A stretch of DNA of 40,681 nt from an uncultured Planctomycetia bacterium (GTDB taxonomy: Bacteria; Omnitrophota; Gorgyraeia; Pluralincolimonadales; CAZUZR01), in NCBI GenBank assembly GCA_964625025.1, contig CAZUZR010000006.1, positions 1-40,681 of the forward strand. The letters run 5' to 3'. The position numbers and the translations under genes are program-made. Below are positions 30,403-38,545 of the stretch, piece after piece. Each line of letters opens with the position of its first letter. Within the stretch, counting starts at the first letter, position 1. A model generated the notes under the pieces. That model saw only the letters and a list, made by a program, of their open reading frames with translations. It did not search any database and had not been told where the DNA came from.

Positions 30403-33254
30403 CTCTTTAAATTCTCCCTTATTTTATTTAAAACGCCCTTAAATTCTTTTAATTTTGCCCTTTCGTTTGCTACGATATCTTTGGGCGCCTTTTTTATAAA
30501 ATTCTTATTTTTTAATCTTGCTTCTGATGATTTTATCCTTTTATCTAAGTCGGTTATTTGGGTTTCTAATTTTGCCCTTTCCGCCTCTAAATTGATTAGC
30601 CCTTCCAGGGGTACGCATATTTCACAATCGCCAAATACAACAACCGATGACGACTTCGGGCGCTTCAACTTTTTGCATAACTCAACCGATTCTGCCTTTG
30701 CCAAATATTTGATGTAATTCAAGCACTTACTTATCGTCATCATTTTCTTCCTATTCGTTGTTGAGATGGCCACCCTGCATAGCTTTTGCGGCGGCACCCC
30801 AACGCCTGCGCGAATATTTCTTATAGAGGTTATTATGCCGATTAATAAATTGAGTTCTTCTTCTGCCTCGGCATCGAAGAGGGACCTCTTAACTTCGGGC
30901 CACTGGGCGACCATTAACGACTCGCCTTCGTGGAGCAGATTCTGCCAAATCTCCTCGGTAACAAATGGCATAAATGGATGTAACAATCTTAATGAATTGT
31001 CAAGGCAATAAACCAAAATTGATTGAAGGACCTTTCTGCGGGCTGTGCCTTTTCCGCCAAAGGCGGTTGTGCCACGATTTGTGGCGGAAAATTCATCACT
31101 CGTAATTTCTGGCTTTACCAATTCAACATACCAATCGCAGAACTCATGCCAGAAGAACTCGTAGCTCGCATTTGCCGCTTCGTTAAACTTATAATTTACT
31201 AAGGCCTTTGTTACCGAGCCTATCGTGAGATTCAGCCGCGAAAGAATCCATCTATCAGCTAAAGTTAGGTCAGTTCTTTTGAAGTCGAAGCCGCATCTTA
31301 AATTCTCATCCAAATTCAACAATACAAATCTGGAAGCATTCCAAATTTTATTTGCGAAATTGCGCCCCAATTCAAATTTGTCCTTTGACAAAAATACATC
31401 CTGCCCAGTTGCTGTTATGGAGATGAGGCTAAACCTCAAAGCATCTGCTCCGTATTCTTCAATAATATCAACCGGGTCTATTATATTGCCCAGTGATTTT
31501 GACATCTTAGTTCCGGTCGCATCGCGGACTGTGCCGTGGATATAAATATCCTTAAAAGGGACGTCGTTAATAAATTCGAGCCCTGCTATAATCATTCGTG
31601 CGACCCAGAAAAAAATTATCTCTTGTGCGGTAACCAGAGATGAGGTGGGATAAAAATATCTTAATTCGGCCGTTTTTTCTGGCCACCCAAAAGTTGAAAA
31701 AGGCCAGAGCCACGATGAAAACCAGGTATCTAATACATCTTCATCTTGGTAAATATCTGTTGAGCCACAAGCAGGGCAAGTCTGTGGTTTTGTTCTTGAA
31801 ACGATGATACCCTTTTTGTCCATAGTCCATAGTCCATAGTCCATAGGTTTGTTTTTTTCTGTGGACCGTGGACTGTTGACTATCGACTCGTTTGCCTGTA
31901 AACATTGTTTGCAATAATACACAGGCAAACGATGCCCCCACCAAATTTGCCTTGAGATACACCAGTCGCGGATATTCTTCATCCAATCTAAATAAACCCT
32001 TGTCCAACGTTTTGGATAAAATTTTATCTTTCCGTTTTTTACCGCATCTATTGCGGGTTTCGCAAGCGGCTTCATCTTGACAAACCACTGTTCGGATAAA
32101 TATGGCTCAACCACTGTATGGCATCTATAACAATGGCCGGCTGAATATGAATGCGGCTCTACTTTCTCAAGTAATTTACGCTCTTTTAAATCCTCCAAAA
32201 TCGCCTCGCGCGCTTCAAACCTATCCATGCCCTCATAATCGCCTGCATTATAATTCATAGTCCCGTCTGGATTCATAACTAAAATCGGCTCTAAATTATG
32301 GCGCCTAGCCATATCGAAATCGTTCGGGTCGTGCGCGGGAGTAACTTTAACGACGCCGGTTCCAAATTTTGGGTCCACGTAATCATCGGATATCACCTTA
32401 AGCGGCCTTTCTAATATCGGAAGAATTATCGTCTTGCCTAAAATATCTTTGTGGCGTTTATCTTTTGAATTTATAGCAACTGCAACATCGCCTAACATCG
32501 TCTCGGGACGAGTGGTCGCAACCACGATGTAGTCCATAGTCGATAGTCCATAGTTAATAGATTTCGATTTTTTTACTGTGGCCTGTGGACCGCGAACCGT
32601 GGACTTCTTTATCGGATACTTTATATAATACAAAAATCCAGTGATCTTTTTATGCGGCGCCTCTTCATCGCTTAATGCGGTTTGACAACGCGGACACCAA
32701 TTGATGATATAATTTCCACGATATATCAACCCCTTCTCGTAAAGCCGAAGGAATACCTCTAAGACCGCATTTGATAGACCTTCGTCCATTGTAAAACGCG
32801 TGCGGTCCCAATCGCAGGAGCAGCCAAGCCTTTTAAGTTGGGAGATTATTCTAAAGCCATATTGTTCCTTCCATTGCCAGACGCGTTCTAAAAACTTTTC
32901 GCGGCCTAAGTTTTGTCGCTTAATGCCTTCCTTGGCCAGCTCCTTTTCGACGACATTTTGAGTAGCAATGCCAGCGTGGTCTGTCCCTGGGAGCCACTCG
33001 GCACAGTAGCCTTGCATCCTCTTCCATCTAATCAAGATATCTTGTATAGTATTATTAAGGGCATGTCCCATATGGAGTATGCCCGTGATGTTTGGTGGCG
33101 GGATGACTATTGTATAGGGTACTCTTTTGGGGTCGGGCTCGGCGTGAGAGAACCTCTTCTCCTCCCAAAATCTATACCACTTGTCTTCAGCATCTTTCGG
33201 ATTATAGACGGACGGGATTTTTCGCATCTTATCATTCCTGTCGCCATCAGGCAA
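30390..33254 (-). CDS. valS: valine--tRNA ligase
   Basis: 954 aa with HIGH-type motif (PPNITGILHMGHAL), KMSKS, editing-domain TTRPETMLGD and a C-terminal coiled coil. Contains in-frame repeat insertions. Confidence 0.96.
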   Translation of the reverse strand: MPDGDRNDKMRKIPSVYNPKDAEDKWYRFWEEKRFSHAEPDPKRVPYTIVIPPPNITGILHMGHALNNTIQDILIRWKRMQGYCAEWLPGTDHAGIATQNVVEKELAKEGIKRQNLGREKFLERVWQWKEQYGFRIISQLKRLGCSCDWDRTRFTMDEGLSNAVLEVFLRLYEKGLIYRGNYIINWCPRCQTALSDEEAPHKKITGFLYYIKYPIKKSTVRGPQATVKKSKSINYGLSTMDYIVVATTRPETMLGDVAVAINSKDKRHKDILGKTIILPILERPLKVISDDYVDPKFGTGVVKVTPAHDPNDFDMARRHNLEPILVMNPDGTMNYNAGDYEGMDRFEAREAILEDLKERKLLEKVEPHSYSAGHCYRCHTVVEPYLSEQWFVKMKPLAKPAIDAVKNGKIKFYPKRWTRVYLDWMKNIRDWCISRQIWWGHRLPVYYCKQCLQANESIVNSPRSTEKNKPMDYGLWTMDKKGIIVSRTKPQTCPACGSTDIYQDEDVLDTWFSSWLWPFSTFGWPEKTAELRYFYPTSSLVTAQEIIFFWVARMIIAGLEFINDVPFKDIYIHGTVRDATGTKMSKSLGNIIDPVDIIEEYGADALRFSLISITATGQDVFLSKDKFELGRNFANKIWNASRFVLLNLDENLRCGFDFKRTDLTLADRWILSRLNLTIGSVTKALVNYKFNEAANASYEFFWHEFCDWYVELVKPEITSDEFSATNRGTTAFGGKGTARRKVLQSILVYCLDNSLRLLHPFMPFVTEEIWQNLLHEGESLMVAQWPEVKRSLFDAEAEEELNLLIGIITSIRNIRAGVGVPPQKLCRVAISTTNRKKMMTISKCLNYIKYLAKAESVELCKKLKRPKSSSVVVFGDCEICVPLEGLINLEAERAKLETQITDLDKRIKSSEARLKNKNFIKKAPKDIVANERAKLKEFKGVLNKIRENLKRLGV
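31818..31887. repeat. heptamer-built palindrome in frame inside valS (copy A)
   Basis: Plus strand reads GTCCATA x4 (perfect) - ggtttgtttttttc - TGTGGAC CGTGGAC TGTTGAC TATCGAC. It encodes ESIVNSPRSTEKNKPMDYGLWTMD. Confidence 0.85.
32532..32604. repeat. heptamer-built palindrome in frame inside valS (copy B)
   Basis: Plus strand reads GTCCATA GTCGATA GTCCATA GTTAATA - gatttcgatttttttac - TGTGGCC TGTGGAC CGCGAAC CGTGGAC. It encodes STVRGPQATVKKSKSINYGLSTMD. Confidence 0.85.
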
Positions 33255-33255
33255 G

Positions 33256-34821
33256 TTACGATTTGCGGCCTTTTAGAAGTTTATATTCTATAGAATCGAC
33301 CAAGGCATTCCAAGAAGCTTCAATAATGTTCTCCGATACGCCGATAGTCCACCAAGAATCCCTTGCGTCTTGCGATTGGATTAAGACCCTAACCTTAGAA
33401 GCGGTGCCCGCCTTTTCATCAAGCACCCTTACTTTAAAATCGGAAAGGTGCATCTCTGAAAGCGTGGGATAGAAATCGACAAGCGCCTTCCGAAGCGCGT
33501 TATCCAAGGCATTGACTGGGCCATCGCCTTCAGCAGCAGTATGTTCTTCTATATTATTTACCTTTAATTTTATCGTTGCTTCAGAAATTAATTTGCCCGC
33601 ACGATGTTCAACGACGACCCTAAATCCTCCGAGCTCAAAGAAGCGTTTATATTTCTTAAACGCGCGTTTTAAGAGCAATTCAAATGACCCTTCAGCCGCC
33701 TCAAAATGGTATCCCTCATGTTCAAGTTGTTGTAGCAACTTCAACATCTTTCTCGTCTTCGGCGCCTCCTTCTTTAAATCTAATTCCAGTTCTTTCGCCT
33801 TCAAGATAATCGAGGTCTTCCCTGAAAGTTCGGATACTAAAATCCTCCTTTTGTTTCCGACTAAGTGCGGCTCGATATGTTCGTAAGTCTTAGGGTTCTT
33901 CATAATTGCGTTGACATGGACTCCGCCCTTGTGGGCAAAAGCGGTATTTCCTACAAAGGGCTGATTTTCACGCTGCTTCATATTGCTAATCTCGGCAATA
34001 TACCTGGAGGCCTCGGTAAGTTCTTTTAATTTTCCGTCGGGGATGCAATCGGCCTTTAATTTTAACTTCAAGTTTCCGATGATTGAAACTAAGTCTGCGT
34101 TTCCGCAACGCTCGCCATAACCATTAAAAGTCCCTTGCACATGGTCGCATCCAATTTGCACAGCGGCAATCGTATTTGCAACTGCCATATCAATATCGTT
34201 ATGGCAATGGACCCCCAAGCTGCCCTTCAATCTACCCCTTACCTCTTTGACGATATCGACAAAATCAGAAGTAATCGTCCCGCCATTTGTGTCGCATAGG
34301 ATAATGCAATCTGCCCCCGCATCCTTTGCGGCGAACAGCGTTTTTAACGCGTATTCGGAATTATCCTTATATCCGTCGAAGAAATGCTCGGCATCATAAA
34401 ACACAAGCGCTGCCTTTGACTTAAGATATTCGACCGTTTCGCTAATCATCTTTAAGTTCTCGTCTAAGGATACGCGCAACACATCTTTCACATGTAAGTC
34501 CCAACTTTTTCCAAAGATGGTGACGACCTTTGTGTCTGCCTCTAGAAGCGAACGCACATTGGAATCGTTCCAAACTTTGCAGTTTGCCCTCCGAGTTGAA
34601 CCAAAGGCAACGATAAGCGAATTCTTAAAACGCGTGCGTTTAGCCGCCTTAAAGAAAGCCATATCTTTAGGATTGGAACCTGGCCAGCCTCCCTCAATAT
34701 AATGAACGCCTAAATGGTCTAATTTCTGGGCGATACGCAACTTATCAGTTACGGAATAAGAAATCCCTTCGGTCTGCGCGCCATCGCGCAATGTAGTATC
34801 ATAAAGCACTACTTCTCTCAT
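33256..34821 (-). CDS. cimA: (R)-citramalate synthase (CimA-type; 2-isopropylmalate synthase family)
   Basis: 521 aa with HMGL-like N-domain ([10 protein letters not shown]) and a LeuA-dimer C-domain. Length and sequence fit the long CimA clade. Confidence 0.85.
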   Translation of the reverse strand: MREVVLYDTTLRDGAQTEGISYSVTDKLRIAQKLDHLGVHYIEGGWPGSNPKDMAFFKAAKRTRFKNSLIVAFGSTRRANCKVWNDSNVRSLLEADTKVVTIFGKSWDLHVKDVLRVSLDENLKMISETVEYLKSKAALVFYDAEHFFDGYKDNSEYALKTLFAAKDAGADCIILCDTNGGTITSDFVDIVKEVRGRLKGSLGVHCHNDIDMAVANTIAAVQIGCDHVQGTFNGYGERCGNADLVSIIGNLKLKLKADCIPDGKLKELTEASRYIAEISNMKQRENQPFVGNTAFAHKGGVHVNAIMKNPKTYEHIEPHLVGNKRRILVSELSGKTSIILKAKELELDLKKEAPKTRKMLKLLQQLEHEGYHFEAAEGSFELLLKRAFKKYKRFFELGGFRVVVEHRAGKLISEATIKLKVNNIEEHTAAEGDGPVNALDNALRKALVDFYPTLSEMHLSDFKVRVLDEKAGTASKVRVLIQSQDARDSWWTIGVSENIIEASWNALVDSIEYKLLKGRKS

Positions 34822-34822
34822 T

Positions 34823-36046
34823 TTATCTCGCCTTTTTTAACTCAAATTCCTCGTGAATTGCTTTAACGGCCTGTTCGGCGTGGCGTTTCTTAATCACGCA
34901 GGAAATTTTAATTTCTGAGGTTGAAATCATCTCGATATTTATTTTCTTCAACGCTAATGCCTTAAACATTCGTGCTGCGATTCCGGAGTGGCTGCGCATG
35001 CCGATGCCGACGATGGAGACCTTCGCTATGTTTTCGTCCTTGATGACGTCGCCTGCCCCAACATTCCTGGCAACCTTTTTAGCCACTTTAATTGTTTTCG
35101 GCAATTCCTCCTTTAATACAGTAAAAGATATATCGGTTATTCCAGTTCGGCTTACGTTCTGGACTATCATATCTATAACTATATTATTTAAAGCGAGCGC
35201 CTCAAATATCCTGGCTGCAATCCCTGGTTTATCAGGAACATCACAGATGGTAACTTTCGCCTCATCTTTCTGTAAAGTAACGCCGCTAACATCTATCTTT
35301 TCCATTGCCTTTACCTCCTTAGAAATGAACGTGCCATCTGCTTCTGAAAAACTTGAACGAACGTGCATAGTGACGCCGTAACGTTTGGCATATTCAACCG
35401 ACCTCGCTTGTAAAACTTTAGCGCCCAGCGATGCCATCTCCAACATCTCATCATAACTTATGCGTCCCAGTTTTTTCGCGTTGTGAACTATCCTTGGGTC
35501 AGCGGTATATACGCCGTCGACATCCGTATATATCTCACATAGTTTTGCGCCGAGCGCTTTCGCGAGCGCAACTGCAGTCAAATCGCTCCCCCCCCGACCT
35601 AAGGTCGTAATTTCCTTCGAGATGCTTATCCCTTGAAATCCCGCCACCACAACTATTTTACCTTTCTTCAACCCTTCGTTTATTCTCTCAGTAGAAATCT
35701 CCAATATGCGGGCCTTGGTATGAGAGGCGTCAGTTATTATCCCTATCTGTGCACCGGTAAAAGAGATTGCAGGGACTTTCAGTTTTTGAATCGCCATCGC
35801 CAGAAGAGCACACGAAACCTGTTCTCCTGTTGAGATGAGCATATCCATCTCACGCTCAGACGGCTCATTTGTAATTTTATAAGCCAAATCTATCAATTCA
35901 TCGGTAGTATCTCCCAAAGCAGAGACGACAACCACCAAATCATATCCTTTTTTCTTATACTTTACTACCCGTCTCGCTACGTTTTTAATCCTTTCGGGAT
36001 TCGCGACTGAAGTCCCGCCATATTTTTGTACGATTAGCGGTGCCAC
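34823..36046 (-). CDS. lysC: aspartate kinase
   Basis: 407 aa, GTG start. Motif KYGGTSV and two C-terminal ACT domains. Confidence 0.94.
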   Translation of the reverse strand: MAPLIVQKYGGTSVANPERIKNVARRVVKYKKKGYDLVVVVSALGDTTDELIDLAYKITNEPSEREMDMLISTGEQVSCALLAMAIQKLKVPAISFTGAQIGIITDASHTKARILEISTERINEGLKKGKIVVVAGFQGISISKEITTLGRGGSDLTAVALAKALGAKLCEIYTDVDGVYTADPRIVHNAKKLGRISYDEMLEMASLGAKVLQARSVEYAKRYGVTMHVRSSFSEADGTFISKEVKAMEKIDVSGVTLQKDEAKVTICDVPDKPGIAARIFEALALNNIVIDMIVQNVSRTGITDISFTVLKEELPKTIKVAKKVARNVGAGDVIKDENIAKVSIVGIGMRSHSGIAARMFKALALKKINIEMISTSEIKISCVIKKRHAEQAVKAIHEEFELKKAR

Positions 36047-36059
36047 TTTTAGATTAATT

Positions 36060-37259
36060 TCACTCCTTTATGAAATACTCCATTAACTCGTGCCCTCGTT
36101 CAAAAACGAGTTTGCTATTTTTAGCAGATACCTCGCTATAGTTGAGCGCTTCGTCAGGCTCTATTCCCTTTCCAAGAATTGCAAATGGAACCGGCTCTGT
36201 AACATGAGTTCTAAGGGAAATCGGAGTAACATGGTCCGGCATAACCAATATCCTAAAATTTTTGATTTTCTTAAAATGATTTAGGATTGTCCCGTCTATA
36301 AACCTATCGAAGTTTTCAATTGCGCCAATTTTAGCTCGCAAATCGCCATTGTGGCTCGCTTCGTCCGGAGCTTCGACGTGAATGAAGACGAAATCCTTTT
36401 CCTTCAGCGAATTTAAAGCATACTTCGCCTTTCCTTGATAATTTGTGTCGTAGTATCCAGTCGCTCCGGGAACTACGATAACGGACAAGCCGATAATTTT
36501 TCCAATCCCCTTTATTAAATCAACGGCTGAGATTACAGAGCCACCAACCCCAAATTTATCCTTAAACTTTGGCATATCAGTCAAGATTCCCTGACCCCAG
36601 AGCCAAATCATATTCGCAGGATTTTCATTTAAGTCTATTCTCACTTGATTTACCTCATGTCCTGACAGAAGCGATTTAGAATCCTCCATCAACCTGATTA
36701 AAAATTGAGCTCCATCGCCCTTCGGCAAATGGTCTTTTATCTTCCATCCTGTAATATCATGCGGCGGAACGCAATTTGTCTTAAGCAATGGCTCTTTCAA
36801 TAACTTATCGCGAACTATTATGAGGTGGCGATAACTTACTCCCGGATAGAATCTTATCTTTTTTGAGCCCAATCTTTCATCCAGATATTTGATTAACGTC
36901 GCTGCCTCTTTCGAGGTGATATGGCCAGCGGAATAATCTATCAATTTTTCACCATCAGCTGTAACTAAATTACATCTAAAAGCGATATCGTGAGGTCCTA
37001 ATTCGATTCCCATATTCGCAGCTTCCAACGGCCCTCTGCCGGAATAATATTTTGACGGGTCATATCCTAAAATTGAAAGGTTAGCCACATCTGACGCAGG
37101 TGAAAAACCCGGCGGTATCGTTCTGGCCAAACCAACTTTTCCATTCTTTGCGATATAATTCATATTGGTAATCTTAGCGACTTCCAGGGGAGTTCTTCCG
37201 CCTAATTCTCTAATCGGGTAGTCTGCCATTCCGTCGCCAATTAAAACGATGTACTTCAT
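36060..37259 (-). CDS. cofactor-independent phosphoglycerate mutase family protein (ApgM-like; proposed non-orthologous homoserine kinase)
   Basis: 399 aa with metalloenzyme motif LIGDGMAD and ..HVEAPDEASHNGD. It sits between thrC and lysC, and no thrB is present in the operon. Confidence 0.8.
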   Translation of the reverse strand: MKYIVLIGDGMADYPIRELGGRTPLEVAKITNMNYIAKNGKVGLARTIPPGFSPASDVANLSILGYDPSKYYSGRGPLEAANMGIELGPHDIAFRCNLVTADGEKLIDYSAGHITSKEAATLIKYLDERLGSKKIRFYPGVSYRHLIIVRDKLLKEPLLKTNCVPPHDITGWKIKDHLPKGDGAQFLIRLMEDSKSLLSGHEVNQVRIDLNENPANMIWLWGQGILTDMPKFKDKFGVGGSVISAVDLIKGIGKIIGLSVIVVPGATGYYDTNYQGKAKYALNSLKEKDFVFIHVEAPDEASHNGDLRAKIGAIENFDRFIDGTILNHFKKIKNFRILVMPDHVTPISLRTHVTEPVPFAILGKGIEPDEALNYSEVSAKNSKLVFERGHELMEYFIKE

Positions 37260-37313
37260 CCCGTTAGAAACCCCTCCTATACTACCCCGTTAGCTAAATA
37301 GTTTCTAACGGGG
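37260..37313 (-). repeat. three copies of the CCCCGTTAG/CTAACGGGG motif in the thrC-to-next-gene spacer
   Basis: Sense strand reads TGA-A-CCCCGTTAGAAAC-tatttag-CTAACGGGG-tagtataGGAGGG-GTTTCTAACGGG-ATG. Confidence 0.75.
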
Positions 37314-37314
37314 T

Positions 37315-38454
37315 TCATATCCTAATTGCCCTCAAGACCGAATTTATATTAGAACTAATTACCTTAGGTTTGCGCAGCGATAAAATCGCTCTATCCGGGT
37401 CCTTAAGCCCGTGTCCTGTTAGGACGCAGACGATCTTTATTTTTGATTTTTGATTTTTCCCCGACGAGATGTCGGGATCCCGACTTTTTCGTCGAGAGAT
37501 TTTTGATTTTTTAAAGTATCCTTTTCGCATAAGTTTTAATAATCCTGCAACTGATGCTGCTGATGCTGGCTCAACGAATAATCCCTCTTCGCTAGCCAAA
37601 TATTTATATGCATCCAAAATTTCCCCGTCCGATACCATATCTATTAAACCGCCAGACTCATCGCGCGCCTCCACAGCTTTTTTCCAACTCGCAGGATTTC
37701 CAATTCGAATCGCCGAAGCGATGGTCTTTGGATTTTTTATTATCCTGCCGCGAACGATGGGAGCCGCTCCTTCAGCTTGAAATCCCATCATTTTCGGCAA
37801 AGCCTTTATCTCGCCCTTAGATTTATATTCTTTATATCCCTTCCAATAAGCGGTGATATTGCCTGCGTTGCCGACAGGAATAAAATGATAATCGGGATTC
37901 CCGCTCAAGCAATCGCAGATTTCAAATGCGGCCGTCTTTTGACCCTCCAGTCGAAATGGATTTATTGAATTAACAAGGGTTACAGGATAAGCCCGTGCTA
38001 TTTCTTTAACGAGGTTCAAGGCCTCGTCGAAGTTCCCATCTATAGCCAATACCTGCGCTCCGTGTATCAGCGCTTGTGCAAGTTTGCCTAAGGCAATCGC
38101 CCCTTTCGGAATTAATACGATGCAGTTAATATTCGCCTTCGCTGCGTATGCGGCTGCGGATGCGGAGGTATTTCCCGTCGAGGCGCATATCACTGCCTTT
38201 GATTTCTCTTCAAGCGCCTTAGATACCGCAAGGGTCATTCCCCTATCTTTAAAAGAGCCGGTTGGATTTAGCCCTTCATATTTTAAATATACCTCAAAAC
38301 CATCTCCTAACCGCTCGCTTAAATTTTCAGAGTAAAGTAGCGGGGTATTTCCTTCTTTTAAAGTCACAACAGGAGTTCTGTCGGTGATCGGCAGAAAATC
38401 TCTGTATCTGTCAACGGTGCCGTTCCAACCCTGACGGACGGAAGTCAATCTCAT
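37315..38454 (-). CDS. thrC: threonine synthase
   Basis: PLP-lysine motif [10 protein letters not shown]. The ATG at 38454 ([12 protein letters not shown]..) matches the family N-terminus. The ORF-track TTG at 38490 only translates the upstream repeat motif. Confidence 0.93.
   Translation of the reverse strand: MRLTSVRQGWNGTVDRYRDFLPITDRTPVVTLKEGNTPLLYSENLSERLGDGFEVYLKYEGLNPTGSFKDRGMTLAVSKALEEKSKAVICASTGNTSASAAAYAAKANINCIVLIPKGAIALGKLAQALIHGAQVLAIDGNFDEALNLVKEIARAYPVTLVNSINPFRLEGQKTAAFEICDCLSGNPDYHFIPVGNAGNITAYWKGYKEYKSKGEIKALPKMMGFQAEGAAPIVRGRIIKNPKTIASAIRIGNPASWKKAVEARDESGGLIDMVSDGEILDAYKYLASEEGLFVEPASAASVAGLLKLMRKGYFKKSKISRRKSRDPDISSGKNQKSKIKIVCVLTGHGLKDPDRAILSLRKPKVISSNINSVLRAIRI
37441..37510. 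repeat. TTTTGAT heptamer array interrupted by a palindromic core, in frame inside thrC
   Basis: Plus strand reads TTTTGAT TTTTGAT ttttccc CGACGA gat GTCGGGATCCCGAC ttttt TCGTCG agaga TTTTGAT ttt. It encodes [26 protein letters not shown]. Confidence 0.8.
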
Positions 38455-38459
38455 GCTCA

Positions 38460-38544
38460 CCCCGTTAGAAATCCTCTCTTTTTGCCCCAACCCCCGTTAG
38501 AGATATCAAATTGTAAAATATGTAGAACAAAATTGCTAACGGGG
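38460..38544 (-). repeat. three copies of the CCCCGTTAG/CTAACGGGG motif in the hom-thrC spacer
   Basis: Sense strand reads TGA-G-CCCCGTTAG-(35 nt)-CTAACGGGGG-ttggggcaaaaaGAGAGG-ATTTCTAACGGGG-tgagc-ATG. Confidence 0.75.
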
Positions 38545-38545
38545 C

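Noticed and set aside
31741-32088. Nested minus-strand ORFs in alternative frames (31741-32088, 21975-22229, 15163-15384, 3241-3471, 1401-1583).
   Set aside because: They lie entirely inside conserved genes in another frame and show no homology signal. 31741-32088 is kept open partly by the stop-free heptamer array.
31818-32604. CRISPR array or DnaA-box cluster, given TGTGGAC/GTCCACA similarity to TTATCCACA.
   Set aside because: Units are 7 nt with no spacers, there are no cas genes, and the elements are translated inside valS. Only 6 of 9 DnaA-box positions match, and the context is not an origin.
38455-38490. TTG-initiated 12-codon N-terminal extension of thrC ([12 protein letters not shown]).
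   Set aside because: It only translates the CTAACGGGG/SD motif region. The family N-terminus aligns with the ATG at 38454.
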